A stretch of DNA of 63,682 nt, the filler included, from Phoronis australis (lineage: Eukaryota > Animalia > Phoronida): the NCBI GenBank assembly GCA_002633005.1. It is 6 parts of 6 records of this genome, joined end to end, with 100 filler letters (N's around TTAATTAATTAA, not from the genome) between each part and the next. Parts side by side here need not be neighbours in the genome. Positions count along the whole stretch, not along the records: positions 23,176 to 41,187 come from NMRA01000500.1; 5 more parts are not named here. One strand, 5' to 3'. Below are positions 25,281 through 36,445 of the stretch, piece after piece (positions within the stretch are counted from its first letter, which is position 1; the number at the start of each line of letters is the position of its first letter). A program made the translations under genes and the position numbers. The notes beneath the pieces were generated by a model, which saw nothing but the letters and a program-made list of their open reading frames with translations, searched no databases and was not told the DNA's origin.

Positions 25281-27295
25281 GGGCCCGGTCTCCAATCTCC
25301 GTACTCAGACTCATACTCATACTCGAGATTTCATACACAAAATCGTGCTCACTGGAGTCGTACTCAAGAAAGCGTATCTAATGTTGCATTTCGAGTAGAC
25401 TCCAAACGTAATCAAATCTGACACTCATACTCGAGTTGCTATGGAACTCTTTATGATGTGAAATGCAAAATCACGCAAAGCCACGCTGATTCATCGCTCC
25501 CTATTGGAATAGACCACCCCAAAAACTAGGCCTACATTATCGTCTTCTGTCGCTACAACTACAAGAGTATGTCTATAATGTGGAATTCTGAGTGTTCTGT
25601 AACTGTTATTCATTTTTTAGTTTCAATAAACATTCTTATGCCATTTCTTTGATACATTTGACAATTATTAAGCTTTACTTCTTGAGTTCCTCACCCAGTC
25701 CCGAAAATGTCTTAAGAAATGTGTAACAGCTTATCACACATAGGCGGATTTAGGGGGGGGGGACCCAGGGGTCCCGCCCCCCCCCCTTGGCTGCCGCAAA
25801 AAAACAGTAAGAGCGTAGGGAATTGGTGAGTTTCTTAATTAACCCCGGTAATTAAAATTATACGGATGAAAAAAGATTTAAATGTGTGCAGTTTTAGTGT
25901 TGGNNNNNNNNNNNNNNNNNNNNNNNNNNNNNNNNNNNNNNNNNNNNNNNNNNNNNNNNNNNNNNNNNNNNNNNNNNNNNNNNNNNNNNNNNNNNNNNNN
26001 NNNNNNNNNNNNNNNNNNNNNNNNNNNNNNNNNNNNNNNNNNNNNNNNNNNNNNNNNNNNNNNNNNNNNNNNNNNNNNNNNNNNNNNNNNNNNNNNNNNN
26101 NNNNNNNNNNNNNNNNNNNNNNNNNNNNNNNNNNNNNNNNNNNNNNNNNNNNNNNNNNNNNNNNNNNNNNNNNNNNNNNNNNNNNNNNNNNNNNNNNNNN
26201 NNNNNNNNNNNNNNNNNNNNNNNNNNNNNNNNNNNNNNNNNNNNNNNNNNNNNNNNNNNNNNNNNNNNNNNNNNNNNNNNNNNNNNNNNNNNNNNNNNNN
26301 NNNNNNNNNNNNNNNNNNNNNNNNNNNNNNNNNNNNNNNNNNNNNNNNNNNNNNNNNNNNNNNNNNNNNNNNNNNNNNNNNNNNNNNNNNNNNNNNNNNN
26401 NNNNNNNNNNNNNNNNNNNNNNNNNNNNNNNNNNNNNNNNNNNNNNNNNNNNNNNNNNNNNNNNNNNNNNNNNNNNNNNNNNNNNNNNNNNNNNNNNNNN
26501 NNNNNNNNNNNNNNNNNNNNNNNNNNNNNNNNNNNNNNNNNNNNNNNNNNNNNNNNNNNNNNNNNNNNNNNNNNNNNNNNNNNNNNNNNNNNNNNNNNNN
26601 NNNNNNNNNNNNNNNNNNNNNNNNNNNNNNNNNNNNNNNNNNNNNNNNNNNNNNNNNNNNNNNNNNNNNNNNNNNNNNNNNNNNNNNNNNNNNNNNNNNN
26701 NNNNNNNNNNNNNNNNNNNNNNNNNNNNNNNNNNNNNNNNNNNNNNNNNNNNNNNNNNNNNACTGCTTTCGACGCTTGTTATGACTCGCCGACAAGGGAT
26801 TACAGTGCACCTGTTGCCAGGAATTGTAGAGGTAGAATGGCGGCCATAACATACAGTGATACGGCGGGTTAATATGGTGAAGAATGAGAAGATTTAAGAT
26901 GAAAACTATTATCTCTGAACTGAAATTGAAGTGCTGAGATACGGTAAGAGGACTTATTTTTTTAGATTTGCTGTGTTTCTTGGCTTCCTTTCGATATTTT
27001 GTTCTCTGGCTCGTATTTATTTTCGAGTATGATTTCAAGTACACTGCCATACCAAACTTGAAATTTGAGCATAGACTCCGAATTTTTACTCAAAATCGTA
27101 CTCGAAATAAAGATGAGATACACTTCAGTTCGAGTACACTCGAAAACTGAGTACGTGCTCGAAATTTCGAGTACAGCATTGGATTTTTCGAGTATGACAT
27201 TGAATACACCAAAGCTGAGTCTGTACTCGAGTTGAGTATGAAGTGTGAGTTTGAGCATGATTCGAGTCTGAGTACGGAGATTGGAGACCGGGCCC
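25281..27295. mobile_element. Harbinger-like non-autonomous element with 32-bp TIRs, spanning an N gap; contains a nested hAT-like MITE end at ~25740
   Basis: GGGCCCGGTCTCCAATCTCCGTACTCAGACTC ... GAGTCTGAGTACGGAGATTGGAGACCGGGCCC, with many TACTC/GAGTA subterminal motifs. The right end is repeated at 62011-62178. Confidence 0.85.
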
Positions 27296-28432
27296 TGGTC
27301 TGTGGCGTTATTTATACCGGACCGAAATTAAAAAAACAGACCTTTGTTTAAATCAGGAGCTGCATGATACACATTTATTAGACGTGCGCAGGCATTGCAC
27401 TGATCACTTGGAAACAGTTTTATGGTTTATTTTCTATAGTTAAACCAAGGTGAGGAGCTTGAAACCTGATTCAAGGCAATTTTAGGCAGTGGGATTTTCT
27501 GAAAAATGCTCGAAAGTTGACAACAAAGTTTGATAGCAATGGACTGCAGTTTTGTAGAAACTGTCATAGGTCACAGATTCGTCACAGAGCGTAAATTTGA
27601 TGAATTCTAGCTTACGATTTCACCTGTTTCGGAGACCGGGTTTCAACCACTTCCTGAAGCGGATTTTTCTAAGCGCCCTGGCCGCTTATTAGGGCGAATA
27701 CGGTAATATTTCAGAAGGGCGATACTCAGTATCCTTTATGCACGGGACCCTTTTGTTACATTAGGAGTGGGATTGGCTCATTATGTACCCTACAGGTGGC
27801 ATAGGACCTTACAAAACTGGTTGAAGAATTTTGTTTTCGTCATAAACGTTCGTTTGAATGGCTTAAGTTTGAAACTGTTAGGACATAAGGCGGAAATTTA
27901 AAATCATTTGTGCGCTTACAAAAATTTAACATAGAAGAATAAAAACAACCTTCACACCCCTCTGGTGTTCCTGTTCCATGATTTCAAAGAAGTTGGTTGC
28001 ATTTTCATAGACTACACTCGAGAGATTTTGTGCAGCATATGTTGTGTAACCTGCTGTTGAATTGCGAGATAGAGTTTGACTGGTCCAGGTGGTTATTTCT
28101 GAAGTATTAATGTAATCTTTATTTATGTTAAAGGTTTTACCAGCGTTCTATTTATTTGTACGCGAATGTGAATTTGTTGAAATCGCTGATCCAAATCCTG
28201 GCCAAATGTGCGCATTCTGCTGAGACCAACCGTCTGATCAGGGCCAGCGAAGAGTAATTTGGTTAATTCGCTCACTAGACTATGGCTCCTCGTAAGGACA
28301 GGAATTCATGAGTCACTACCTTTGGAAGAAATTTTGCGGACAATTGTCGTCAAAAAGTTTACCAGATAGTTTTCATCAAAACGGAGAAAAGAAAAATGGA
28401 TTTGTGAGGACAGGATTAAGTAGTAGAGCCTC

Positions 28433-28621
28433 TTAAAAACATTCATCTTCTAAGTGCCTGGAACAAACGTATAAAGTCTTATTGCTGAAACAAATGCCAT
28501 TCACGTTTACACAAGAAGTAAGCTTTTCTTCCCGATTATGGGGTCTTCGGATGGTATGGTAGCTAATTCCTTTGCATTTCGCGTGTGGGGCCGAACAACC
28601 GGTTACACAGTAGCCGACCAT
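28433..28621 (-). pseudogene. Degenerate THAP domain of a DNA transposon remnant (P-like)
   Basis: MVGYCVTGC...ISYH...LYVCSRHLEDECF* retains the C2CH ligands but lacks the conserved P/W spacing. CATAGACTATA-type terminus at 28771. Confidence 0.65.
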
Positions 28622-29079
28622 GATTAGCAGACGACGTACTTGCCGGAAATTGCACCAGAAAATTTAGACAGGTGTCGTCAGTGAATAATGACGTAAGGGC
28701 TTATGCGTAAGATCACAGATTTCGACCATTGAAAGTATATGGAGTTGGCGGTCCATGTACTATAGTCTATGATTAGATGTAATGAGATTAGTAACAGTTC
28801 ACATTGTTTTTGTTGCGTTCATGTATCTAACTTCTAGATAAACTGCCCGATACTCTTAATCTGTAACCAGTTTTAAGTTCTTAGCCGCGACACTATGATT
28901 CTATTTTTGTAATCCTTTAAGTCTGCACTGTCAAACGTACCTTTTTCTCCACAATTTTTTTATTTGTCAGTGATGTATCTCTTTGCTCTTTTCAAGAGCC
29001 ATGGTCTTGTTTCGCCCTCCTCCTCAACATCAACGTCCACGACTCTCTCACGTCTTGGATAGCAAAGTTTTTCAATATA

Positions 29080-29321
29080 TGTGCAAGAGTGACGTCCTGC
29101 AATTATAGTTCAATGACACGTTTACTTTTGTAGTATATTCAAGGTAAGGACACACCAAATACTCACCAAAAATTACAGCAGTGCAAATAGTCGACTTGTC
29201 AGTCTGAATACCACAAAGCTAAGGAAGCAGACGCTCTATTACGGACGCCAAGTCGTGTGTAAGTTTCCCATTGGCTGCCGCCGCCAGCCTTTGAGGGAGA
29301 CAACTCCACAGCTTCACAACA
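29080..29321 (-). repeat. Putative 3' LTR (~240 bp), preceded by a polypurine tract at 29322-29333
   Basis: Minus strand GGTAGGGAGGAA|TGTTGTGAAG...CTTGCACA; contains CCAAT, a G|GTGAGT donor (29166) and an AGTAAA poly(A)-like signal (29121-29126). The same GGGAGGAA|TGT junction precedes the clear LTR at 38074. Confidence 0.6.
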
Positions 29322-29724
29322 TTCCTCCCTACCGTATCTTTTGGAGAGGCGATCCAGCGTCCAGAATATCATGCCAAGGGAGAGGCGGTCCAACTTCCTG
29401 AATTTCTTCCCACCCCCCAAGGGATACAATCATCACCCGGAAGTGAGATTATAAAAACCCCGCGAAAACAATGTGGAGCACTATCCGGGCATAAGTCCAC
29501 AACCGCAAAAAACAAAACAATGATGAACCCTACCCGGATAATATGTGTTCATGCCCGCTTACCTTAACGTATACCCGATCGTATACGTTAATTGCCGACC
29601 CACACAATAAAACAACACATGTATAGTGAAACTATATAACCTCTATTACAAAAAACTTGGAAATTTTATGATTACAACAAAATTGAAATTCCATTTCCCC
29701 TCAACCCCCAATTATAAAAGCCAG

Positions 29725-30873
29725 CTAAATCCGAAAAAGTGTTTTTCCGTTCGCACACGTGCTATCTAATATCCGGAAGAGAGTTGTTTTCCGCAATTCC
29801 GCAACGCGATTGGCCACGATACCCAACATATGAGGATGTCCGGACATATGGGGTTGGCCCCGGAAATGCGACGAGTCTGTTTCAATCAGCAGCCGGTCCG
29901 AAGCGATCTGCGCGATAGCTTCCGCATGCTCCGGTGACGATTTCATGGAGATACTACTGATCGAAAAGTAGGTGTTTGGAAAACTTTCGGCCCACTCATG
30001 GACTTCCGACACCACCCCGGAAAAGCAGTGCAAGTGAATCCCGGTTTCACGCGGCAATTGCTCTCGAGCAATTTGCAACAGTAACCGCCACGCAGCATCA
30101 ATAGGCTCTACACCCTGGCGACGATCACGACAGTGTAGGATCACCGGTCGGCCCAAGCCTATCATGGGATTCGCCCACTCCCGGAACACGGCACTCAAGA
30201 AATTCGACTGGGTAGAAACATCGCTATCGCTCTTAAGATCTAACCCAACTTCTCCTAGCGCCACGACCCGACTATCCTCCAACAACCGAAGCATTTCACT
30301 GGGATCGGACCCCGTTGTTACTTTCGATGGGTGAAACCCGACCGCAATTCGGAAATTGGGATTCTCCAGAAACCCAATAGTCCTCCATACACGCGGATCG
30401 CAGTAAACCGCTACTCCACCCACAATGGACACTTCAACCGGACTGTCCACTGGTCGCTCCATAAAACACCGCCATGACTCCTTCGACAGTTGAGTATTCC
30501 GTATGCAACGATCAAAATGAAAGTGGGCGTCGAAACCGCAACTCATCTCCCGTTGTTTCTGCCGTAGCCTAAAACTCGCTAAAGTGCGTTGACGCACCGA
30601 TAACGATTCTGCACCCCCGGTCGCAGAATCCGCGGTTGGAAGCACCGATAACGTTTCCTCACCCACGGTCGCGGAATCCGCGGTTGGCTCCTCCGGGTCA
30701 GAGTCTAAGCTCGTGTCATCCGAAACACTCGAACCGCTATTCGCTTCCATGTCTTCCGCAGACTGGAGTACCACGCCCAAATCAGACCGGATCAGATCGT
30801 CCGACAACTCAGAAGGAATCCGAGTCAATTCCTTCAATATCGCGCGCAACTTCGCCGGTGCGATCTGCTCCAA
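29725..30873 (-). CDS. tatD: TatD-family DNase (amidohydrolase-fold metallo-nuclease) domain encoded within the retrotransposon; C-terminal part of a longer disrupted ORF
   Basis: Intronless 382-codon frame with DAHFHFD, AVGFHP, VVALGEVGLD, PVILHCRD, HLHCFSG, RLLIETDS and a C-terminal N...LF, preceded by an acidic/Ser linker. Confidence 0.9.
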   Translation of the reverse strand: MEQIAPAKLRAILKELTRIPSELSDDLIRSDLGVVLQSAEDMEANSGSSVSDDTSLDSDPEEPTADSATVGEETLSVLPTADSATGGAESLSVRQRTLASFRLRQKQREMSCGFDAHFHFDRCIRNTQLSKESWRCFMERPVDSPVEVSIVGGVAVYCDPRVWRTIGFLENPNFRIAVGFHPSKVTTGSDPSEMLRLLEDSRVVALGEVGLDLKSDSDVSTQSNFLSAVFREWANPMIGLGRPVILHCRDRRQGVEPIDAAWRLLLQIAREQLPRETGIHLHCFSGVVSEVHEWAESFPNTYFSISSISMKSSPEHAEAIAQIASDRLLIETDSSHFRGQPHMSGHPHMLGIVANRVAELRKTTLFRILDSTCANGKTLFRI

Positions 30874-31595
30874 GAGTCAACGCAACACCACGTGCAAACA
30901 ACACGGCAACAGGCGACTGAAGTTGCTTTACAGCAAAAAACGCCTCAGGAACACCATTCACACAAAGATACTAACGCGATGTTAGCGGCCGGCGTGATTG
31001 ACCTGATCTCCGATTCGGCACGCCACCGACGTCGGACCATCTCATCTAGTTGCGGGATCGACTGCAACTCAAGAGCTTTCAGTATTCGCGACAACACAAA
31101 AGCTCGCGTCTTCGTGAGTCCGACACTCACTTCTCTTACGAACTGGATGTCCGTCACCACGGTTGGCAGATGACACACCCAGGCATGGCTGCCTAACGCT
31201 ACAGTCAACACGATGTTTTAAATTGAGACCGGGCACCGTTTACCCCGCGACTCTCGGCGACCATAGGGCGACGCGCGCTGACTGGTCTCACTCCTCCGCA
31301 TAACACTCGACATCCGACGTGAGGTCTCTTGGCGGTCGAACCGTTCCACCATAACCGGACTCCAGAATGGTTGGTACACCCGGTACATGTCCAACCAACG
31401 CACGTCTCTCTTCACAACCGCGATCTTTTTCTGGCGCCGCACCAGCCCCGCCGCAAACAAGGAATCGTTCCCGAAAAGACGAACCAGCTCCGTGAACAAC
31501 CAGTTCGGCTCGCACACAAGCCCACGACTGTTGGCAAGACCAACATCCCGGATGAACGTGGCCTTTCTCACCTCGATATGGTGCAGAGAATCCAT
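30874..31595 (-). pseudogene. Disrupted N-terminal part of the TatD-containing ORF, with a C2H2-like motif
   Basis: ORFs 31595-31218 and 31211-30945 share a frame and are separated by one TAA: RCPVSI*NIVLTVALGSHAWVCHLP (C-x4-[C]...H-x4-H-LP-like). Further frameshift and stop near 30880-30960. ATG 31595 is the first ATG after the acceptor at 31618. Confidence 0.6.
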
Positions 31596-31766
31596 TTCGT
31601 ACAGATTTCAAGCTAATCTGAAATGAAACACTAATTCAGAATCAATAATCTGTCTTATCCAACGACAGAATTTTTTAAACGATCTGAAAAAAAAAACAAT
31701 CGAAAAACAACTCTAACCCAATAAATAACGGCAACCCAATTAATAAACAAATAACCAAGAACATAC

Positions 31767-31910
31767 TTAATCGTCACACAGCGAGCAACGGAAACTCGGC
31801 AAGCTCGCTTCCTCTTCTTGTGTCAAGCCGAAACACGCCACATAGTACCACAGGCGGCAATCGTCACACTGTACCATAGGCGAGCCGTCGTTTGGTCCAT
31901 GACAAATACA
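31767..31910 (-). pseudogene. PHD finger at the C-terminus of the Gypsy integrase, offset by a 1-nt frameshift
   Basis: CICHGPNDGSPMVQCDDCRLWYYVACFGLTQEEEASLPSFRCSLCDD* is a C4HC3 PHD pattern with His replaced by Tyr. It joins pol at KLY if one base is restored. Confidence 0.85.
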
Positions 31911-32512
31911 TATAATTTTACGTTCCGCGCCAATGCCTTAATCTGCTCTGCTTGAAGCAAATCATTATCAGATCTTAATGTAACAATCCAATCCGGCAAA
32001 GCATGGTCATTACATTTCCTTAGTTTATCATGGTTATAAGTTCCCACAGATCTTTTAAAACGTACCTTAAACAACCGGTCCGACAATTTTGCCACAATGA
32101 TGCCCGGATCGGACCACGGTGGACATAATTTCCGCGATTTACCCACTGGAACCGCATCGCGCCACACCCTAACTAGATCCCCGACGTTGTAAACGAATTT
32201 ATTGACCTTTAAATCATAATCCCTATTCGCGCGCATCTGACTCAAACCCAATTTTTCCCTCGCAACTTTATGGGCCGCAGCCATTGATTCCATTAAGTGA
32301 TTCGCGAAATCCGATGAACCCTGGGGCAACATTTCAAACCCTGTCGCGAACATCACATCAGCAGGAGTCATAACCTCCCTTCCCAGCATCAATTTGTTCG
32401 GTGTAAATCCCGTTGACCGGTTTACACACGCATGAATAGATCCCGCAATTTGCGGGAGGTAGAGATCCCAATCGTTCCGACTGTCGCGTACGTAACACCG
32501 AATCGCGATCAT
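31911..32512 (-). pseudogene. pol: Ty3/Gypsy integrase C-terminal region (pol fragment)
   Basis: DWDLYLPQI...NRSTGFTPNKLMLGREV...YD...YNVGDLV...KLCPPWSDPGII...YNHDKLRKC, i.e. the post-DDE helices plus a GPY/F-like module. Confidence 0.88.
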
Positions 32513-33087
32513 TAAAGCCCTTCTCTCAGGCGTTGTTAATCCTTATTACATGGTTAGAAGATGTTATAAGGATCCAAGAAGTACCTACCCCATAACTAAT
32601 ACACGATCCGTACTCGAAAACAGTTTAAATGAACGCGCCACTCACGATTCGCACCCGAAGAAACACCGCCATTTTGAACTTGCCGCGAACCCGGAAGTAC
32701 AATTCATTCAGGAACCCAGGCCGAGAAAACGCCGTCAGTGCGACTGGAGCAGAGCCGGTACTGTTACCAGCCAGCAAACGGGGATGAAAAAATCGACAGC
32801 GCGCCTTAATTTTGATAAAATCAAACTACGGACAATTTTATGGAATTTGCTGAAGAAATGTGGCGAATAAATTTTGACAGAAATTATTTTGCTAGACTCG
32901 GGACCGCAGCCTATCGGACCCGGTGCGGATCGAGACCAGACACTGGCGAACGGTAAATGCATGCGGTTGCAAGCTGTTTTGTCGAAGTAAAATGGTCAAA
33001 TGATAAATGCTGCATATATTCAAAGGTAGTTTCAGACACTTGCATGAAATTACGGGCTGCGGGTTAGTCCTGTGTCACACTGCTGGC

Positions 33088-34187
33088 CACAAACACAAAA
33101 ACACGAAAATTGAACTATGTTTCTTTTTTGTAGCAACGTTTGTCAAAATGTATCAACGTTAAATCTTCACAAATTACAAAGTAGCCGATTGAACATGCCT
33201 TTCAGTTCAGCAAAAGTCGACATTGTAGGTGCCGCCAGAAATGAGACGATCGAAGTCCAACGGGAATTGTGAGCACATTTATCACTTAATGAGTAACAAC
33301 TGCGAGGCTGAAATTTGGTGAACACTGCTAAATCGTGCAGAATAGTAAGTAAAGATATGTCTAACTAAATTTTACCGTAATTTGTTGACGAAAACAATTT
33401 ACACAAAGTTTTAAACTCGTAACTCATCCCGCTGTCCTCCAATATGGCCCACGCGATCCAAACAAAGTGACCCAAATTTCGCCACAAAACTTGCAATNNN
33501 NNNNNNNNNNNNNNNNNNNNNNNNNNNNNNNNNNNNNNNNNNNNNNNNNNNNNNNNNNNNNNNNNNNNNNNNNNNNNNNNNNNNNNNNNNNNNNNNNNNN
33601 NNNNNNNNNNNNNNNNNNNNNNNNNNNNNNNNNNNNNNNNNNNNNNNNNNNNNNNNNNNNNNNNNNNNNNNNNNNNNNNNNNNNNNNNNNNNNNNNNNNN
33701 NNNNNNNNNNNNNNNNNNNNNNNNNNNNNNNNNNNNNNNNNNNNNNNNNNNNNNNNNNNNNNNNNNNNNNNNNNNNNNNNNNNCACAAACACAAAAAACA
33801 CGAAAATTGAACAAAGTTTCTTTTTTGTAGCAACGTTTGTCAAAATGTATCAACGTTAAATCTTCACAAATTACAAAGTAGCCGATTGAACATGCCTTTC
33901 AGTTCAGCAAAAGTCGACATTGTAGGTGCCGCCAGAAATGAGACGAAGTCCAACGGGAATTGTGAGCACATTTATCACTTAATGAGTAACAACTGCGAGG
34001 CTGAAATTTGGTGAACACTGTTAAATCGGGCAGAATAGTAAGTAAAGATATGTCTACCTAATTTTCACCGTAATTTGTTGGCGAAAACAATTTACACAAA
34101 GTTTTAAACTCGTAACTTATCCCGCTGTCCTCCGATATGGCCGACGCGATCCAAAAAAGTGACCCAAATTTCGCCACAAAACTTGCA
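33088..34187. repeat. Direct repeat of a ~410-bp unit on both sides of an N gap
   Basis: 33088-33496 and 33784-34187 are near-identical with several SNPs and indels; either a tandem array or haplotype overlap. Confidence 0.85.
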
Positions 34188-36258
34188 AAAACTTTACACT
34201 GCTTGCTCCGATTTTGATACTTTTTCGATTTTTACTGATTAGAATGTACTACCTTTCCGATGATAGCAAAGTACTTTTTAAAAACGAGAAAAAAAAGAAA
34301 ACCGTAAAAAATAGGTTCGACCCATATTGGTTCCTAGGTTCGACCGGCCTACATAAGGAACTAAACACCAATGCTACTTTAACATACTAAGTACGCGTAA
34401 CATTCCAAAAAACATCAACGACCACTAACTACAAACTATAAATACACTACATATGCAAACGAATCGCGAGATATTACTAACAAAACAAAATAATGAAGAC
34501 TTTTCGAGTAAGCGATAGCACATTCAGTTACAAGGAAAAAATGGCTTCTTTCAGGACAAGTTCCTGAACTGATGAGCCGGAAATGTGGGTACGGAAATAA
34601 CCGATGACAACCGGTAACCATACGCTCAGAGAGAAGGGTCAAATACTGTTCAAAAATCGCTTTTGGCAAGAAAGGCGAAAAGAATATAAAGAAAGGGTGT
34701 CGAAAATAGGATTTTATGTAGTAAGTATTTTCGGATACTGGAACCACATGGGCAGTTTGAGAGAAGGACTTAAACAGATTTTAGATATCTTAATGTAGAA
34801 GTTAGTGCTTCGTTAAACACACGGAAATTTAATGATACAAGAAAATGGGAAGACTGGAAATGTGTTTTTGAAACATGAGGGGACCCAGAGATTTGACCAG
34901 ATGCCAGAACAGAAACTTAAGTAGTACTTTTTAACTTCGAAGTAACAATGAAATGCTTTCTCGTTATTTTTATGCACAGCTCTGTACGTTGTTGTGTTGT
35001 GTTGTGTTGCGCTGTGTGTATATTTGTATATGTATTTGTCTTTTGTAATAAATGTATTAATTGTGAAAAAAAAAGATTTTAGATATCAAGTTTCAGAGCG
35101 CGTGCGTTTGATAATAACGTGCAGCATTTCACCTTGGCGACTACCCGAGGCGGAACTTCACTCTAAAGAAATTTTTTAGTGCAATGAAAGCAGTATGCCA
35201 TGAAAATTTTCAAACGGTCTGGCTTTCAAGGTAAGATTGACACCATTGGTTAAAAAGGGTGTTGCCTGGAAACGAGTTTCACACAAGTTTCAAAAAGTAG
35301 CAAGGATGTTTGAAGTTTGAAATGACTTAAACAATTTTAAAATTCGCCGCTTGATGGCTTTATTACGGCGTGCAATCATGTTAGTGGTGAATGGTTACCG
35401 TGGAGGAAAGAAATTTAACCTTCAATGCATACGCCTGTATGGTTTTAGGATATTGAAAAACGGTTCCAAAGAAGATGGTCCCATTTGGTGCCAAAAAAAA
35501 AACGTTTCTCAAGCTATACGCCGTACAAAAAATGCTGACTGTTGACTATCGTATCTAATAAGCGTGGTTAAACTGTCAAGTTAATATTCCAAATGACCAA
35601 AAAGAGCTCTTTTAGGACCAAGACCCGCCAGACACAAGAAATCGTTTCGTCACCGCTGAAAAGATTACAGGTGTACAAATTGAGGATCGTTGTCGGCAAT
35701 GAAATGTTTTGTAAGGTGTTTTATTTTATGTTCACTCATGTGTTTGTGTTTGTGATGACACGCACACTCGGTGATCTACTCTTTCAGGTATCACCCGACG
35801 AAACACATGTTTATAGATTATATCATAGATTACTGTAGTCTATGATTATATGAAAGTTTGTTGAACAAACTACTAAAGGCAAAAAACAGTCGGTTATTCA
35901 ATGCAAAATATGAAACACTAGAACACATTAAACACCTCAGACATACTTCTCCTTAGTTCCAGGATATTCAACTGTCTGGGATTAGACGCTGGCCAAATGA
36001 TGTGCTGAAACGAGCAAAATAGCGAGAGCAACAACTATATGGCTATGTTTGCTATGACGTTGTAACTAAAGAACATAGTATCGTTTCGTCACCTGGACGG
36101 CATGGCATTTGTACCACGAGATGCGGTAAATATCAACCCCGAAGAATTTCTACCAGGTACCTAGCCAGCCAGCTAGCTGTATGAAGACTATCGTCAAAAT
36201 ACAGTAGGTACCACCGTGTGTTAATCTTCCATATACCCTGAAATTGCACACAGAGAGC

Positions 36259-36445
36259 AGTGGCGGATCTACATTTTCAGTAAGGGGGGGTTAGGATTCC
36301 CGCAAAGGTCGAATCCGAGGCGCGTGGCGCCGAGCGGAGGGGGAGGTCGGGAGGGGGGTAAACTCCACTCCCGTGTAAGACAACTTTTTGTTTTTGTAGC
36401 CAAACAGTGAAATGTCCATGCATCCTGGTACGTTTCTGGCACTTA
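36259..36445. mobile_element. hAT-like MITE fragment (CAGTGGCGGATCTA...)
   Basis: Same terminus family as 587, 2562, 56431-56442, 58447 and 62209. Confidence 0.55.

Larger units (their letters stand above)
29080..32515 (-). mobile_element. 3' half of a Ty3/Gypsy LTR retrotransposon: integrase C-terminus with PHD finger, extra TatD ORF, PPT and 3' LTR
   Basis: GC/CpG-rich island with co-oriented integrase, extra ORF, PPT (GGTAGGGAGGAA) and TG...CA LTR. The 5' part is truncated inside the integrase. Confidence 0.85.

Noticed and set aside
25866-27050. Long ORFs at 25.9-27.0 kb and 33.4-33.9 kb
   Set aside because: Open only because they run through Ns.
28006-28771. CATAGACTA...TAGTCTATG as a TIR pair around the THAP remnant
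   Set aside because: Only 9 bp match and no target-site duplication; the left boundary is unsupported.
28985-29003. GCTCTTTTCAAGAGCC histone stem-loop look-alike
   Set aside because: Wrong loop and stem geometry, non-consensus 5' flank and no upstream ORF; likely chance.
29725-30873. TatD ORF as bacterial contamination or a host TATDN gene
   Set aside because: Contiguous and co-oriented with Gypsy pol and PPT/LTR, intronless, with no operon neighbours, and embedded in eukaryotic repeats.
30636-31626. Plus-strand ORFs overlapping the retrotransposon
   Set aside because: Antisense shadows of GC-rich coding sequence with no recognisable motifs.
34569-34605. CTGATGAG...GAAA hammerhead ribozyme core
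   Set aside because: No proper stem II closing pair before GAAA and no stem I/III partners found.
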